Positions 20,857 to 32,306 of a stretch of DNA of 64,000 nt are shown here, in pieces. The DNA lies in assembly GCA_024613925.1 (NCBI GenBank), contig GCA_024613925.1_4713.1, one strand, 5' to 3'. A program made the translations under genes and the position numbers. Numbering within the stretch: the stretch's first letter is position 1; each line of letters starts with the position of its first letter. This DNA is from a phage. Below the pieces are notes generated by a model. It ran no database searches. It was given only the letters and a program-made list of their open reading frames with translations, and was not told the origin of the DNA.

Positions 20857-21249
20857 TTAAGATTCTCCGTGATACCCATAACCTTCATCCTCGACACGTC
20901 GACACCTCGGTAAAAATAAACACCAGCTTGTTGCACTGAGGATCGCCGTTGCGATGATACTTGCGATATCACCCAGTCGAGCATCGACCTGCCACATAAC
21001 AAGCATAAAAAGCCACATAACAAGCATAAAAAGAACGTACGCGAACCCATACACGATAAACCGTTTGATGTTGCGCGTCGACCCCGTACAAATATACAAA
21101 AGGGGAAGCTGCCCTATAACACAAACGATGGTTCGGATAACGTAATAAACGCGTTCCGTCGTTGTTTCAAAATCGATATTCGTTGCAGAAATCCCGATCA
21201 TTATAAAAGTGAAAAAGAAATAGATTTTTGCGTATGTCTTTAAACTCAT
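20857..21249 (-). CDS. multi-pass membrane protein containing a 21-bp in-frame tandem duplication
   Basis: Hydrophobic segments; duplication 20991-21032 encodes repeated MLVMW. Confidence 0.45.
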   Translation of the reverse strand: MSLKTYAKIYFFFTFIMIGISATNIDFETTTERVYYVIRTIVCVIGQLPLLYICTGSTRNIKRFIVYGFAYVLFMLVMWLFMLVMWQVDARLGDIASIIATAILSATSWCLFLPRCRRVEDEGYGYHGES

Positions 21250-21265
21250 GGCTTTTCCCGATCGT

Positions 21266-21499
21266 TTATTTGTGTTTTCCTACATTCCTCAACAAGGTAA
21301 CGATAACGAATACCGCTATCATCAAGAAGACGAACCATAACCCTACGTTAATTCGAGCAGCAGGTTCATCGACCATGAAGAACATCATCCCACAAAACCC
21401 AATGACCATCCATGCTAGAACCATCCCCGTTAATCCCCGTAGTAGCATATGTCCCATCATGAACTCCTTCTTACTTTTTCTGATAAAGCGATGATTCAA
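21266..21499 (-). CDS. small two-TM membrane protein (holin-like)
   Basis: 77 aa with two hydrophobic helices and basic C-terminus. Confidence 0.4.
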   Translation of the reverse strand: MNHRFIRKSKKEFMMGHMLLRGLTGMVLAWMVIGFCGMMFFMVDEPAARINVGLWFVFLMIAVFVIVTLLRNVGKHK

Positions 21500-21633
21500 A
21501 TTTTAGAAACATCCCTAATGCGAATGCGAGTAATATCGCACGTACCCACATACCTCCTTGACAACTGTTGTACAACATAAAGACCAGAGCGATGCCGCCC
21601 ATATGCAGGCGGCACTTATCGAACAGTGTTGGT

Positions 21634-21861
21634 TTATACATAAGAGATCAATCGTTGAATGATTTTTACTTTGCCTTTACCTGGACCTTTCTTGCGGCGA
21701 TTCAACAGACGGATACTGTTTCCAGTTACGGTGTCGCCATCATAATCAGCCTGGAACTGTGATAAAAAAGCAGGCTGTATCGGATCGACACCAGGATTGC
21801 TATAGAAAGGATTGAGACTTAAAAGAGGATTAGCTGGAATCATCGTATTGTCCTTACTCAA
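21634..21861 (-). CDS. small basic protein with RRKKGPGKGK motif
   Basis: 75-aa ORF; motif shared with ORF 38457..38648. Confidence 0.35.
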   Translation of the reverse strand: MSKDNTMIPANPLLSLNPFYSNPGVDPIQPAFLSQFQADYDGDTVTGNSIRLLNRRKKGPGKGKVKIIQRLISYV

Positions 21862-22212
21862 TTATTTACCCAGATAGAGGTATTCACCACCCTGAACAAC
21901 CCCGGTTGCTGGATCAACAAGTATACGAACCCGCGCGTAGGTCTTGAAAGAGGGGTTGAAAACTTCGAAGTCTGCCACTTTCAATTTCACGCTGGGGTTG
22001 GTAGGGTTCTTAACTCCGGGAAGTTCTTTCGGGGTACCAAAATCAACACCACATTCTTCAAGGTCTGCTGGTGTCATGCTCTCCATGGCCATGTAGATTG
22101 CTTTTGCTTTATCGTAAACTTCTGGGCTATCCAGCAACCCAGCCTGTGCTGAACCGACAACACTACCGAACAGAATAGCAATAGCAACAAACAATTTAGT
22201 TAACGTTTTCAT
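21862..22212 (-). CDS. secreted protein (signal peptide)
   Basis: N-terminus MKTLTKLFVAIAILFGSVVGSAQA. Confidence 0.5.
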   Translation of the reverse strand: MKTLTKLFVAIAILFGSVVGSAQAGLLDSPEVYDKAKAIYMAMESMTPADLEECGVDFGTPKELPGVKNPTNPSVKLKVADFEVFNPSFKTYARVRILVDPATGVVQGGEYLYLGK

Positions 22213-22248
22213 GATATTTTCCTCGAAAGTAAAATGTTACAATACCTA

Positions 22249-22671
22249 TTAACGTACGGCCGCTACGCTGTTAGCGCATGCCTGAATATCATCGGTATTT
22301 ACGATGATGGTTTCGTTAAACGCACGAATACGCGCACGACGTGCTTCTTTAAGGCTGGCGATTGCGCTAGCAGCTTGATCTGTATTCGCAAGGCTAATAA
22401 CCGGGATCAAACGCATGTCAGGACTGCAGATATTCAATGCTTGGTATACACGCCCATTGATTCCTACGGTATCAGACATCGGATAGTGCGCGCTGCATTG
22501 AAATTGACCCATGACAACAAGCGAACGATCGGAGATACCAATCTGATAACGCCCGTCTTCGCTGTAGGCGTAGCAGTTATTCCCACGAGCCATCCAGTTA
22601 GCCTGTGCTTGCGTGCTAACAAAAGCCAGAGTGGTAACGATAGCGAATACGATATTTTTGAGCAGTTTCAT
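22249..22671 (-). CDS. secreted protein (signal peptide)
   Basis: Start placed at MKLLKNIVFAIVTTLAFVSTQAQA because hairpin 22706-22727 lies inside the longer ORF extension; SD GAGGA upstream. Confidence 0.5.
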   Translation of the reverse strand: MKLLKNIVFAIVTTLAFVSTQAQANWMARGNNCYAYSEDGRYQIGISDRSLVVMGQFQCSAHYPMSDTVGINGRVYQALNICSPDMRLIPVISLANTDQAASAIASLKEARRARIRAFNETIIVNTDDIQACANSVAAVR

Positions 22672-22705
22672 GATAAAGATCCTCGTTGAAATAAAATCGG
22701 TATAA

Positions 22706-22727
22706 AGGCCCCCATTTAGGGGGACCT
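22706..22727 (-). terminator. GC-rich hairpin (ccccc/ggggg core)
   Basis: aggccccc atttag gggggacct. Confidence 0.45.
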
Positions 22728-22729
22728 GA

Positions 22730-23047
22730 TTAGTTTGCACGTAAGAAATGACCCAGAACCGTTACGATTGGAAACAGTCCTGTAACAGTACCATCGCCCG
22801 AAAACATCATCATTGTTCCGTTAACGGTGATGAAACGGATGTCGGTTGCGGACCCATCGATAGCGACAAAACGCATCGAGTTCGGTGGAAGGTCCTCAAC
22901 CACTTCCACGAGATACTCGCGATTATCAAAGGCTTCTTTAACACGACGCATGAAACGAATCAATGTTCCTTCAGCGTCGGCTTCCAAATGGCCTAAGATA
23001 TCGCGATTATTACGAACAGCGAATACAGCCATTTTAAACATACACAT
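22730..23047 (-). CDS. hypothetical protein
   Basis: 105-aa ORF downstream of 24-nt conserved motif. Confidence 0.45.
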   Translation of the reverse strand: MCMFKMAVFAVRNNRDILGHLEADAEGTLIRFMRRVKEAFDNREYLVEVVEDLPPNSMRFVAIDGSATDIRFITVNGTMMMFSGDGTVTGLFPIVTVLGHFLRAN

Positions 23048-23113
23048 CTTGACATCCTTTTATATTGGATTGATTGCTAATAATTCAAGGTGAAGCTGAT
23101 TACTGCATTGCTT

Positions 23114-23137
23114 CACCTAAGTAATATAGCCGTGAAA
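23114..23137 (-). promoter_or_regulatory. conserved 24-nt intergenic motif, copy 1 (minus-strand reading TTTCACGGCTATATTACTTAGGTG), adjacent to hairpin 23088-23118
   Basis: 23/24 identical to 50604-50627; both upstream of minus-strand genes. Confidence 0.35.
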
Positions 23138-23155
23138 ATTAATGTATTAACCCAT

Positions 23156-24112
23156 TCACGCTTTTGCTAAGTAGGGTTGGATCTCATTAATCCGTTTAAC
23201 CACAACCTCAGGGAAAAGTTTGAGTATTTCATCAGGTGGTATCGCACCTTCTGTCCAACGATAGCGTTCAACCATCTCGATGCGTGGACTCCCTCCGACG
23301 TCAGCGATACGAAAGATGCAGGCGATGCCTAAATCGAAACATACGCTGTATATATCTTCCGTGCCTCCTTTATCAGCAAGTATTTTCGCAAAATGCTCGT
23401 TATCGGGAAGAATGGCTAAATTACGGATACACCAAACATTATTCCCCATTTCTTCAAGTTTTGGGTAGGTTAAAGTGTGCCCGTATTGTGTCAACCATCG
23501 ATGATTTTCGAGGTAGAAGTCCTTATCCCCTGGCCGATAACCCAGTATCACTCCCGTGTAGAAGAGATTGGGCATATCGAGCAGTTCTTGAATCGTTGGA
23601 CCCGTATGCTCCCAAAGACAGATTTGTTTACGGTCTATATCGTAATCTGTGACGTTACTCACCTCCCAACTTATCGTAAGTTCGTCGACAACGTGCCAAC
23701 CTAAAGCATGTTCGCCACCAAGCAGATTAACAATGGCTGATATTTCATACTTGTCAAATACGCCTAAATTACGCGGTGGTTGCATCGTACGTAATGGCTC
23801 CCACAGCACACTGTAATCATAGAGCAAATGGCGACATAAACTTTTTGTTAGCGGTGTCTGTTCGGTGAACAGCGGAAGAATTACCGTATCTAACAGTGGA
23901 CGTAATGGATGGTTGTCAGGTGGTAGAGGAGAAACCAGACGACCTCCTTCTTTGGGGTAATCGAGACCAAACCCGTAACGCTCCGAAATGAGCGCAATCA
24001 ACACTTTTGCTACGCGGTTACGTAGCATGCGATGGATATCATCACTGTAACTGAATTTCGGTTTATTACCGCAAACGAAGGTGAAGTATCTGGGCGTTAG
24101 CACAGCCATCAT
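23156..24112 (-). CDS. hypothetical protein
   Basis: 318-aa ORF. Confidence 0.5.
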   Translation of the reverse strand: MMAVLTPRYFTFVCGNKPKFSYSDDIHRMLRNRVAKVLIALISERYGFGLDYPKEGGRLVSPLPPDNHPLRPLLDTVILPLFTEQTPLTKSLCRHLLYDYSVLWEPLRTMQPPRNLGVFDKYEISAIVNLLGGEHALGWHVVDELTISWEVSNVTDYDIDRKQICLWEHTGPTIQELLDMPNLFYTGVILGYRPGDKDFYLENHRWLTQYGHTLTYPKLEEMGNNVWCIRNLAILPDNEHFAKILADKGGTEDIYSVCFDLGIACIFRIADVGGSPRIEMVERYRWTEGAIPPDEILKLFPEVVVKRINEIQPYLAKA

Positions 24113-24119
24113 CTTTCCC

Positions 24120-24566
24120 TCAATCTAAATAGTACGTGATGGATAGGTCTTTTCCATCGAATACGATATCCGTGCAATCGTGGATCGTCGGTAATACCAT
24201 TTTTGCCGCTATTGGGACGTACGCCTGCAGCTCCACGAAGTTATTCATGCGGAACGCACGACGTACCATCAGCGGTGTTAGTGTAAACGTTACGCTAACG
24301 TTACCGCTTGGGAGCAGGTGCATTATCGCATGCCCGTGATCGCACCAGCAATGGTTTTCGATCCATCCGGTGTAAATCAGAATGTCTTTATCTTCGTCGT
24401 AATAAGCAATGCCGGTCTGCTTTAAGTGGCTGGTAAATCGAGAGGCTTGCTCGTAGCCTGCACGCAACATTCGAGCAACCAGTCGAGTATTGTTAGCGAT
24501 TCGATTCTGTTCGTTGGTTTTTGTGGTTTTGAAAATTTCGATACGTTCTGCTTTTGTAATTTGCAT
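24120..24566 (-). CDS. hypothetical protein
   Basis: 148-aa ORF. Confidence 0.5.
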   Translation of the reverse strand: MQITKAERIEIFKTTKTNEQNRIANNTRLVARMLRAGYEQASRFTSHLKQTGIAYYDEDKDILIYTGWIENHCWCDHGHAIMHLLPSGNVSVTFTLTPLMVRRAFRMNNFVELQAYVPIAAKMVLPTIHDCTDIVFDGKDLSITYYLD

Positions 24567-24571
24567 GATTA

Positions 24572-24985
24572 CTAACCTAATGAATTGCGTTTAAATAATT
24601 GGATGTATGGGGTACCAAATAAAGGGCTATATGAATGTATTCGGTTCTCCTCCGATTCGTAATACTCGATAGGCCACGATATTGGTTTAGGTAGACGATC
24701 TAATGCTTGCAACACAGCAAGTTTAACATCATTACTTTCGATCGGATACGGAAGTACCGTCGACGAACAGAACACACGTGTTCGATGTAAATAAATGAGA
24801 TGCTGCTGTAGCTTAGACAAACGCCTACGTTTGATTAAGAAACCGATTACGCGGCAATCGGGGTGATCGTAGTGATAACGTGCGCTATCGAAATAAACCT
24901 GTTCTCCTCTAACAATGAGGTACTTTATTGCACGTATGAAAGAGTAACGGCGTAATTCTCCATTAGCCAACATAACACGAATCAT
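24572..24985 (-). CDS. hypothetical protein
   Basis: 137-aa ORF. Confidence 0.45.
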   Translation of the reverse strand: MIRVMLANGELRRYSFIRAIKYLIVRGEQVYFDSARYHYDHPDCRVIGFLIKRRRLSKLQQHLIYLHRTRVFCSSTVLPYPIESNDVKLAVLQALDRLPKPISWPIEYYESEENRIHSYSPLFGTPYIQLFKRNSLG

Positions 24986-25584
24986 TACTTAGGTTCCAGT
25001 GTTGGTCCAAACAACCAGAATGTCAGGCGCTGATAGACCTGCTCAACGACTGCGGCTTCTGTTTGCTCTTCCAGTGCTTTCCCTTTCTTATGTTGTATTT
25101 CTGGCGGGATGTCTCCGCTGTAAACATACTCTGTTGAGAAGTCCCACGCCAACCGTTTACCGAAAGTGGGTAAGAACACCTCTTCGAATCGGAACGCTTT
25201 CGAATTCCAATGAAGTAGCTGATCGGATTCAACATGTAAAGCTTTATTACGTTTGCTTGGCACGTTTCCGAAGTACTGAACGATAGCTGATTTCATAACC
25301 CGATCTGCGAAGTCTTTGGCTTCGGCCTCATCGAGGGGAGGCAGACGATGCGACAGATTCAGCTTGCGTTGTTCAACATCGATCTTACGCATCGCTTTAA
25401 TCAAATCACCAGGAACGATTTTACCTTTATGTCCTTCCTGTCGATGTACGAAACACCCCTGGAATAACACGCAAAGCTCTTGAGGCGCGCTGCTTTCCAT
25501 TCGTCCGTAAGCAACGATCACCGATCGACGACGATCGATAACTTCGCGGATAAACCGCGGCTCAGTAATACTCACCACTGTCAT
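24985..25584 (-). CDS. hypothetical protein
   Basis: 199-aa ORF; 1-nt stop/start overlap with downstream gene. Confidence 0.5.
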   Translation of the reverse strand: MTVVSITEPRFIREVIDRRRSVIVAYGRMESSAPQELCVLFQGCFVHRQEGHKGKIVPGDLIKAMRKIDVEQRKLNLSHRLPPLDEAEAKDFADRVMKSAIVQYFGNVPSKRNKALHVESDQLLHWNSKAFRFEEVFLPTFGKRLAWDFSTEYVYSGDIPPEIQHKKGKALEEQTEAAVVEQVYQRLTFWLFGPTLEPK

Positions 25585-25629
25585 TTAAAGCCCTCTTTAT
25601 CTTTTTTCCATTTCTCTTTACATAACCAC

Positions 25630-26355
25630 TTAAGACGTTGCCATCTTATCTTCCAGAGACTTCTTCGGTAAACCATGGATAACTCCTTCCGGGGTTAAGA
25701 ACACGCAGTCTGGATTCTGCGTTCGTGAACGGTCGTCTGGACTGTTCAACGAAAACAACAACGCAGAAATACCTTTTGTCCGGTTTAACGTCGCTACGAT
25801 CACGTCAAGCTGCCGTAGCGCATCCGATACGGTTCGATGCGGAACGATTCGTGACTGTTTGAAGCTGGCTAACCGCCAAGTCTCGAACAAACAACGCAGT
25901 TTAAACACGTCGGACGGAATAGCTGTAGATCCCTGTTCGATAACCTCAACCCGATCCGCTTCAGGATAACCTACAGCAACCGCACTAAAGTGTCTTACCC
26001 CATTATGAAAATCATCGATAGACGCTTCAGCGTATTTACATACCGTACCAGAAACGACCATCACTTTTGCTAAACCGCGATAATTGATCGTTAACGGAAT
26101 ACGAAATACGCGTAAAGCATGTTCCGGATTTAATGAGACGTCATTCACTTTCGCAGATACCAGCGCACCTCGTTCATATCGAGCTTTGAACGGCAGTCCA
26201 TTATAAACGGGATTGATCACAACGCCCCCTGGGGAGGCGTTAGCGTTAAGATGAATGTTAAGCCAATCGGATACTTCCTGTCTGCTGGTTACGATTAACA
26301 TAAAACGGTCCTCCATTTCTTTTCCTTCATTCATGGCGCATATCTTCCAAATCAT
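25630..26355 (-). CDS. hypothetical protein
   Basis: 241-aa ORF. Confidence 0.5.
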   Translation of the reverse strand: MIWKICAMNEGKEMEDRFMLIVTSRQEVSDWLNIHLNANASPGGVVINPVYNGLPFKARYERGALVSAKVNDVSLNPEHALRVFRIPLTINYRGLAKVMVVSGTVCKYAEASIDDFHNGVRHFSAVAVGYPEADRVEVIEQGSTAIPSDVFKLRCLFETWRLASFKQSRIVPHRTVSDALRQLDVIVATLNRTKGISALLFSLNSPDDRSRTQNPDCVFLTPEGVIHGLPKKSLEDKMATS

Positions 26356-26977
26356 CCTTTTGTTTTGTAAATTCTGATTGCTTGCGATAAACCGTCCATG
26401 AGTCGTATATACCGTAAAAGTTCAAATGACGTGCATTTAAGTTCACAGTAAATTCTTCCACAGAGGCAAAATCAGAACGAAGCATCGAATGGAAGGTGTC
26501 GTCTCCGGTACAGCCTCCGTATCCTTCACCCTGATAGACCAAAAGCTGGTGAGGTTGGATACGTGCGGTAACCAATGCCGCTTGTGGTTTGTCGTAAGGC
26601 GGCCACGACAGTAAAATAACGTCGTACTGTGAAAGATCGATGTTTGTATAGTCGGCTTGCTGGATATCATCGATAAACGGATGGGGATGTACTGTAACAT
26701 CGTACGCGGTAATATCCTCCACGCCGAGTTTGCGTAACACGTATGTCAGGTAACCTGTCCCACAACCCAAGTCAGCGACACGTCGTCCGTAACAGATGTT
26801 CGCCAACTGGAGCGCGGTATCCATGGTTAACAACGACCATCCGACATGCTGAGTATATTCTTCACGCACAATCCATTGTTGATGGTGCGTCATCGGTTCT
26901 AAGATAGCAGCAAGCTGCTGGTACGGCAACGGCATTTTGGTTTCGCCTTGCGTGAGTAATGCGATAACATCGTTCAT
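26327..26977 (-). CDS. SAM-dependent methyltransferase with xPPY motif (amino-methyltransferase family)
   Basis: Motif I VADLGCGTGYL and motif IV-like ILLSWPPY; start set at MNDVIAL (SD AAGGAA) since hairpin 27003-27021 lies in the longer extension. Confidence 0.55.
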   Translation of the reverse strand: MNDVIALLTQGETKMPLPYQQLAAILEPMTHHQQWIVREEYTQHVGWSLLTMDTALQLANICYGRRVADLGCGTGYLTYVLRKLGVEDITAYDVTVHPHPFIDDIQQADYTNIDLSQYDVILLSWPPYDKPQAALVTARIQPHQLLVYQGEGYGGCTGDDTFHSMLRSDFASVEEFTVNLNARHLNFYGIYDSWTVYRKQSEFTKQKDDLEDMRHE

Positions 26978-27002
26978 TCTGTTTCCTTTTATCGGCATAA
27001 GC

Positions 27003-27021
27003 CCTCCCGGCATGGGAGGGT
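27003..27021 (-). terminator. GC-rich hairpin ccctccc ggcat gggaggg
   Basis: 7-bp stem; followed on minus strand by TTATGCC. Confidence 0.5.
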
Positions 27022-27118
27022 ACAATTATTCATTTATGTGGGTAAAGGTGTGGATCGGCGGCCGTTGAGGCGATAACGCAATAGAACGGCCGTTCATTAA
27101 TAACTACGGTTTTGATGT

Positions 27119-27625
27119 TCATGCTAAAATTCCTTCATTACCTAACAGTCGATTACGATGACGTCGGTACATTTGACAAAGTGTTGTGATTTGATAATGT
27201 TTGTTGTAACGTACCTCGATACGTTTTTGCACCTCTTTCCATGGAAGTTTATCGTATTGCCGATAACGATGGATTTCATTTAACATACGAAGACGAGTAG
27301 GATCGGTGTTCTTTATCGTCGTGAGCTTCACGCGTTGATATCCACGCTGTAGTCCCGATTCGGAATACGTGACGTCAAACTCATCCTGAATGATGGTGAT
27401 GATCTCCCGCCACCGACGGTTCTCGCCGTCACGTAAATGGACAACCCGCGATAAGATATCGTTCCGATTACGATGACTCAGTTTGATGTTAAGCATTGAA
27501 GCAATCGCGCTAATTGCTCTCTGACTCCGTCCTAACGCTTCACCGATTTCTTTCGATGTCATGACGCCCGCGTTTCGGCGTATGAATGCGATTTCGGTTG
27601 TTGTGTATTCTTTACCTGCTGCCAT
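27119..27625 (-). CDS. HTH DNA-binding protein, tandem paralog 1 of 6 (GcrA/Myb-like HTH)
   Basis: TTTEIAFIRRNAGVMTSKEIGEALGRSQRAISAIASMLNIKL; C-terminal W/YQR motif shared with neighbours. Confidence 0.55.
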   Translation of the reverse strand: MAAGKEYTTTEIAFIRRNAGVMTSKEIGEALGRSQRAISAIASMLNIKLSHRNRNDILSRVVHLRDGENRRWREIITIIQDEFDVTYSESGLQRGYQRVKLTTIKNTDPTRLRMLNEIHRYRQYDKLPWKEVQKRIEVRYNKHYQITTLCQMYRRHRNRLLGNEGILA

Positions 27626-28191
27626 TTCTTACCACGTGTGTTATAATAGTAACGCTGACAAAGATGTGTGTGACGATACTCCCGTTTGAACTCGACGCTG
27701 ATAATGCGAGCAACTTCTCTCCAGTTAACCCCTTCACGTCGAAGTGCTGTAATACGGTCTGAAATTCTGCACCATTCATCCGGGTCGTATCGTCGTAGCT
27801 TGAGTCGTCGTATTACGGAGGCGACACTCGCTCTCGATCGGCCAAGATGATTTGACAGCTGTTTAACCGAGTATCTGTGGATATTGTCACGAATATAGGA
27901 AATCTCGTTGTCCGTATATGCCTCATTGGTTCTCGACGAAGGGAACAGCATATACAGCTTATTCTTAATCGCGCTTTCTGTGCGTTGAAATACAGCAGCC
28001 AGCTCACTAACCGGTGGTCTGGGTATCCGGTCCGCGTAATCCTCGAGGCGTGAGAGTTCCTCATCTGTCCAGCGATGGTACTTGCGCATGGGCAACTCCT
28101 TTGTTTTTCGTGTAGTAACACCAACGTTGATACAACGCATGTTTATTCGTTGTAATCCCAAATTTAACAACAACGTCGTAGGTAATAACAT
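27559..28191 (-). CDS. HTH DNA-binding protein, tandem paralog 2 of 6
   Basis: WTDEELSRLEDYADRIPRPPVSELAAVFQRTESAIKNKLY plus second HTH; true start likely downstream (MRKYHRW). Confidence 0.55.
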   Translation of the reverse strand: MLLPTTLLLNLGLQRINMRCINVGVTTRKTKELPMRKYHRWTDEELSRLEDYADRIPRPPVSELAAVFQRTESAIKNKLYMLFPSSRTNEAYTDNEISYIRDNIHRYSVKQLSNHLGRSRASVASVIRRLKLRRYDPDEWCRISDRITALRREGVNWREVARIISVEFKREYRHTHLCQRYYYNTRGKKWQQVKNTQQPKSHSYAETRAS

Positions 28192-28564
28192 CCCAATTTT
28201 GGGTGACGTTAAGTCGTTCCGCGATAAACGCGATAATCGCTTCCCGTTCTTGCTTGGTTAGCGCACGACGAATTCCGTTAAGCCGTATAAACTGACGAAC
28301 CGAGTCATACGAACGGTTTAAATCGTACGCAATCTCCCGCAGCGATTTTTGTCTGATTACCGACTTGATGTATGTGCGTTCTTCTTCCGTATACGGCCGA
28401 TGCTTTTGACGTTGACGTATTCCCAAACGCCCCAGACGCGCGTCGACGCTGGCGCGTGTTCGCCCTGTCCGTTGCGCGATTTCATCAATCGTCATCGATG
28501 TGTTCAAATACAGATGCGTAACATCTTTCAGCTCGTCGTCACGCCACGGTCGAGATCGTCCCAT
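28061..28564 (-). CDS. HTH DNA-binding protein, tandem paralog 3 of 6
   Basis: WRDDELKDVTHLYLNTSMTIDEIAQRTGRTRASVDARLGRLGI; C-terminal ALYQRW. Confidence 0.55.
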   Translation of the reverse strand: MGRSRPWRDDELKDVTHLYLNTSMTIDEIAQRTGRTRASVDARLGRLGIRQRQKHRPYTEEERTYIKSVIRQKSLREIAYDLNRSYDSVRQFIRLNGIRRALTKQEREAIIAFIAERLNVTQNWDVITYDVVVKFGITTNKHALYQRWCYYTKNKGVAHAQVPSLDR

Positions 28565-29042
28565 CTTGTATCCCTCTTTTCTTTCTATGATGCCACCAAC
28601 GCTGATAGACAGCTTGCTTCGTACGTGTTATACCGAAATGCGCATTAACCCGTTCAGCAATGTGGTGCCAATCCTGCGTTTCTTCCAACAATGTATCAAC
28701 GAAGGCTATGAAGATCTTAGTATCAGCCTCGCTTAACCGCTTGAAACCATGACGATGTGCTATCGTTCTGATACTGTTTGGATCCCTGTTTAAATCGCGT
28801 GCGAGTTGTTTGTAACTTTTGTGTTTGCAGTGTGCTCTGATATATTCCAACTCATCGACGCTGAAACGTTTATGTGGTTTACGACGTTCAACATTTAAGT
28901 ATACCAACCTCGATTTAATTGCACCGTACGTTGTTTCCATGATTTCTGCGATTTCACGGATTTTTAATTTCGGGTGACGATAGTACAATTCCAGCAACTG
29001 TTCATCATCCTTACGATTCCATCGTCGTACTGGAGGTTTCAC
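28539..29042 (-). CDS. HTH DNA-binding protein, tandem paralog 4 of 6
   Basis: WNRKDDEQLLELYYRHPKLKIREIAEIMETTYGAIKSRL; C-terminal AVYQRWW. Confidence 0.55.
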   Translation of the reverse strand: MKPPVRRWNRKDDEQLLELYYRHPKLKIREIAEIMETTYGAIKSRLVYLNVERRKPHKRFSVDELEYIRAHCKHKSYKQLARDLNRDPNSIRTIAHRHGFKRLSEADTKIFIAFVDTLLEETQDWHHIAERVNAHFGITRTKQAVYQRWWHHRKKRGIQDGTISTVA

Positions 29043-29055
29043 AACGAGATTTCTC

Positions 29056-29523
29056 CTATTCTACGCGTTTTAATGCTTGAGTGTAGTAGAGGCTATGAAC
29101 ACCGCTTAACGTGTAATGGGTGTTAAATTCGTTATTGATGATATTCCGTATTCTCTCCCAGGTGTTATTCTCTTTTCTAAGGGTGTGTATTCGATAATAA
29201 ATCATCTCTCGACGTTGCGCTTTGCATGCAACAATGCCATAACGGTAGCAGAGTTTAGCGATTGCGTCCACGCTACGATTGAACATCGCTGCAGCTTCTT
29301 TTACGCTATGCGTCTTAAGATAATCAGCTAACATCACACGTTCTTCGAAACAGCAATAGCGGTGACGCGACATGAGTTTCCAGCGCTTGCGATTGCGGTT
29401 AATTCGACCTTGAACAGAGCCTTCTGTTCGGTCAAGCCGTGCCGCAATCTCTTGCATCGGGATACCGTTTCGGTACAGGGTAATCAATATCGCGTCTTCT
29501 TCGGGTGTCCAGTCCTTGACCAT
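29056..29523 (-). CDS. HTH DNA-binding protein, tandem paralog 5 of 6
   Basis: WTPEEDAILITLYRNGIPMQEIAARLDRTEGSVQGRINR. Confidence 0.55.
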   Translation of the reverse strand: MVKDWTPEEDAILITLYRNGIPMQEIAARLDRTEGSVQGRINRNRKRWKLMSRHRYCCFEERVMLADYLKTHSVKEAAAMFNRSVDAIAKLCYRYGIVACKAQRREMIYYRIHTLRKENNTWERIRNIINNEFNTHYTLSGVHSLYYTQALKRVE

Positions 29524-29535
29524 AGCGCCACCCCA

Positions 29536-32271
<2,736 letters not shown>

Positions 32272-32306
32272 GATGGGAGGGACACAGGCAATACACTTTT
32301 ATTTCG

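Noticed and set aside
21634-21861. ADYDGD in the 75-aa protein as the RNAP beta-prime catalytic NADFDGD motif
   Set aside because: The protein is far too short and lacks flanking beta-prime context; the match is most likely coincidental.
22249-22740. Long N-terminal extensions given by the ORF track for several genes (22249..22740, 26327..27025, 47101..47364, 50723..52852, 61423..63756)
   Set aside because: Each extension runs through an intergenic hairpin or overlaps a neighbouring gene; a downstream ATG with a better SD gives a signal-peptide or otherwise sensible N-terminus, so the shorter start was preferred.
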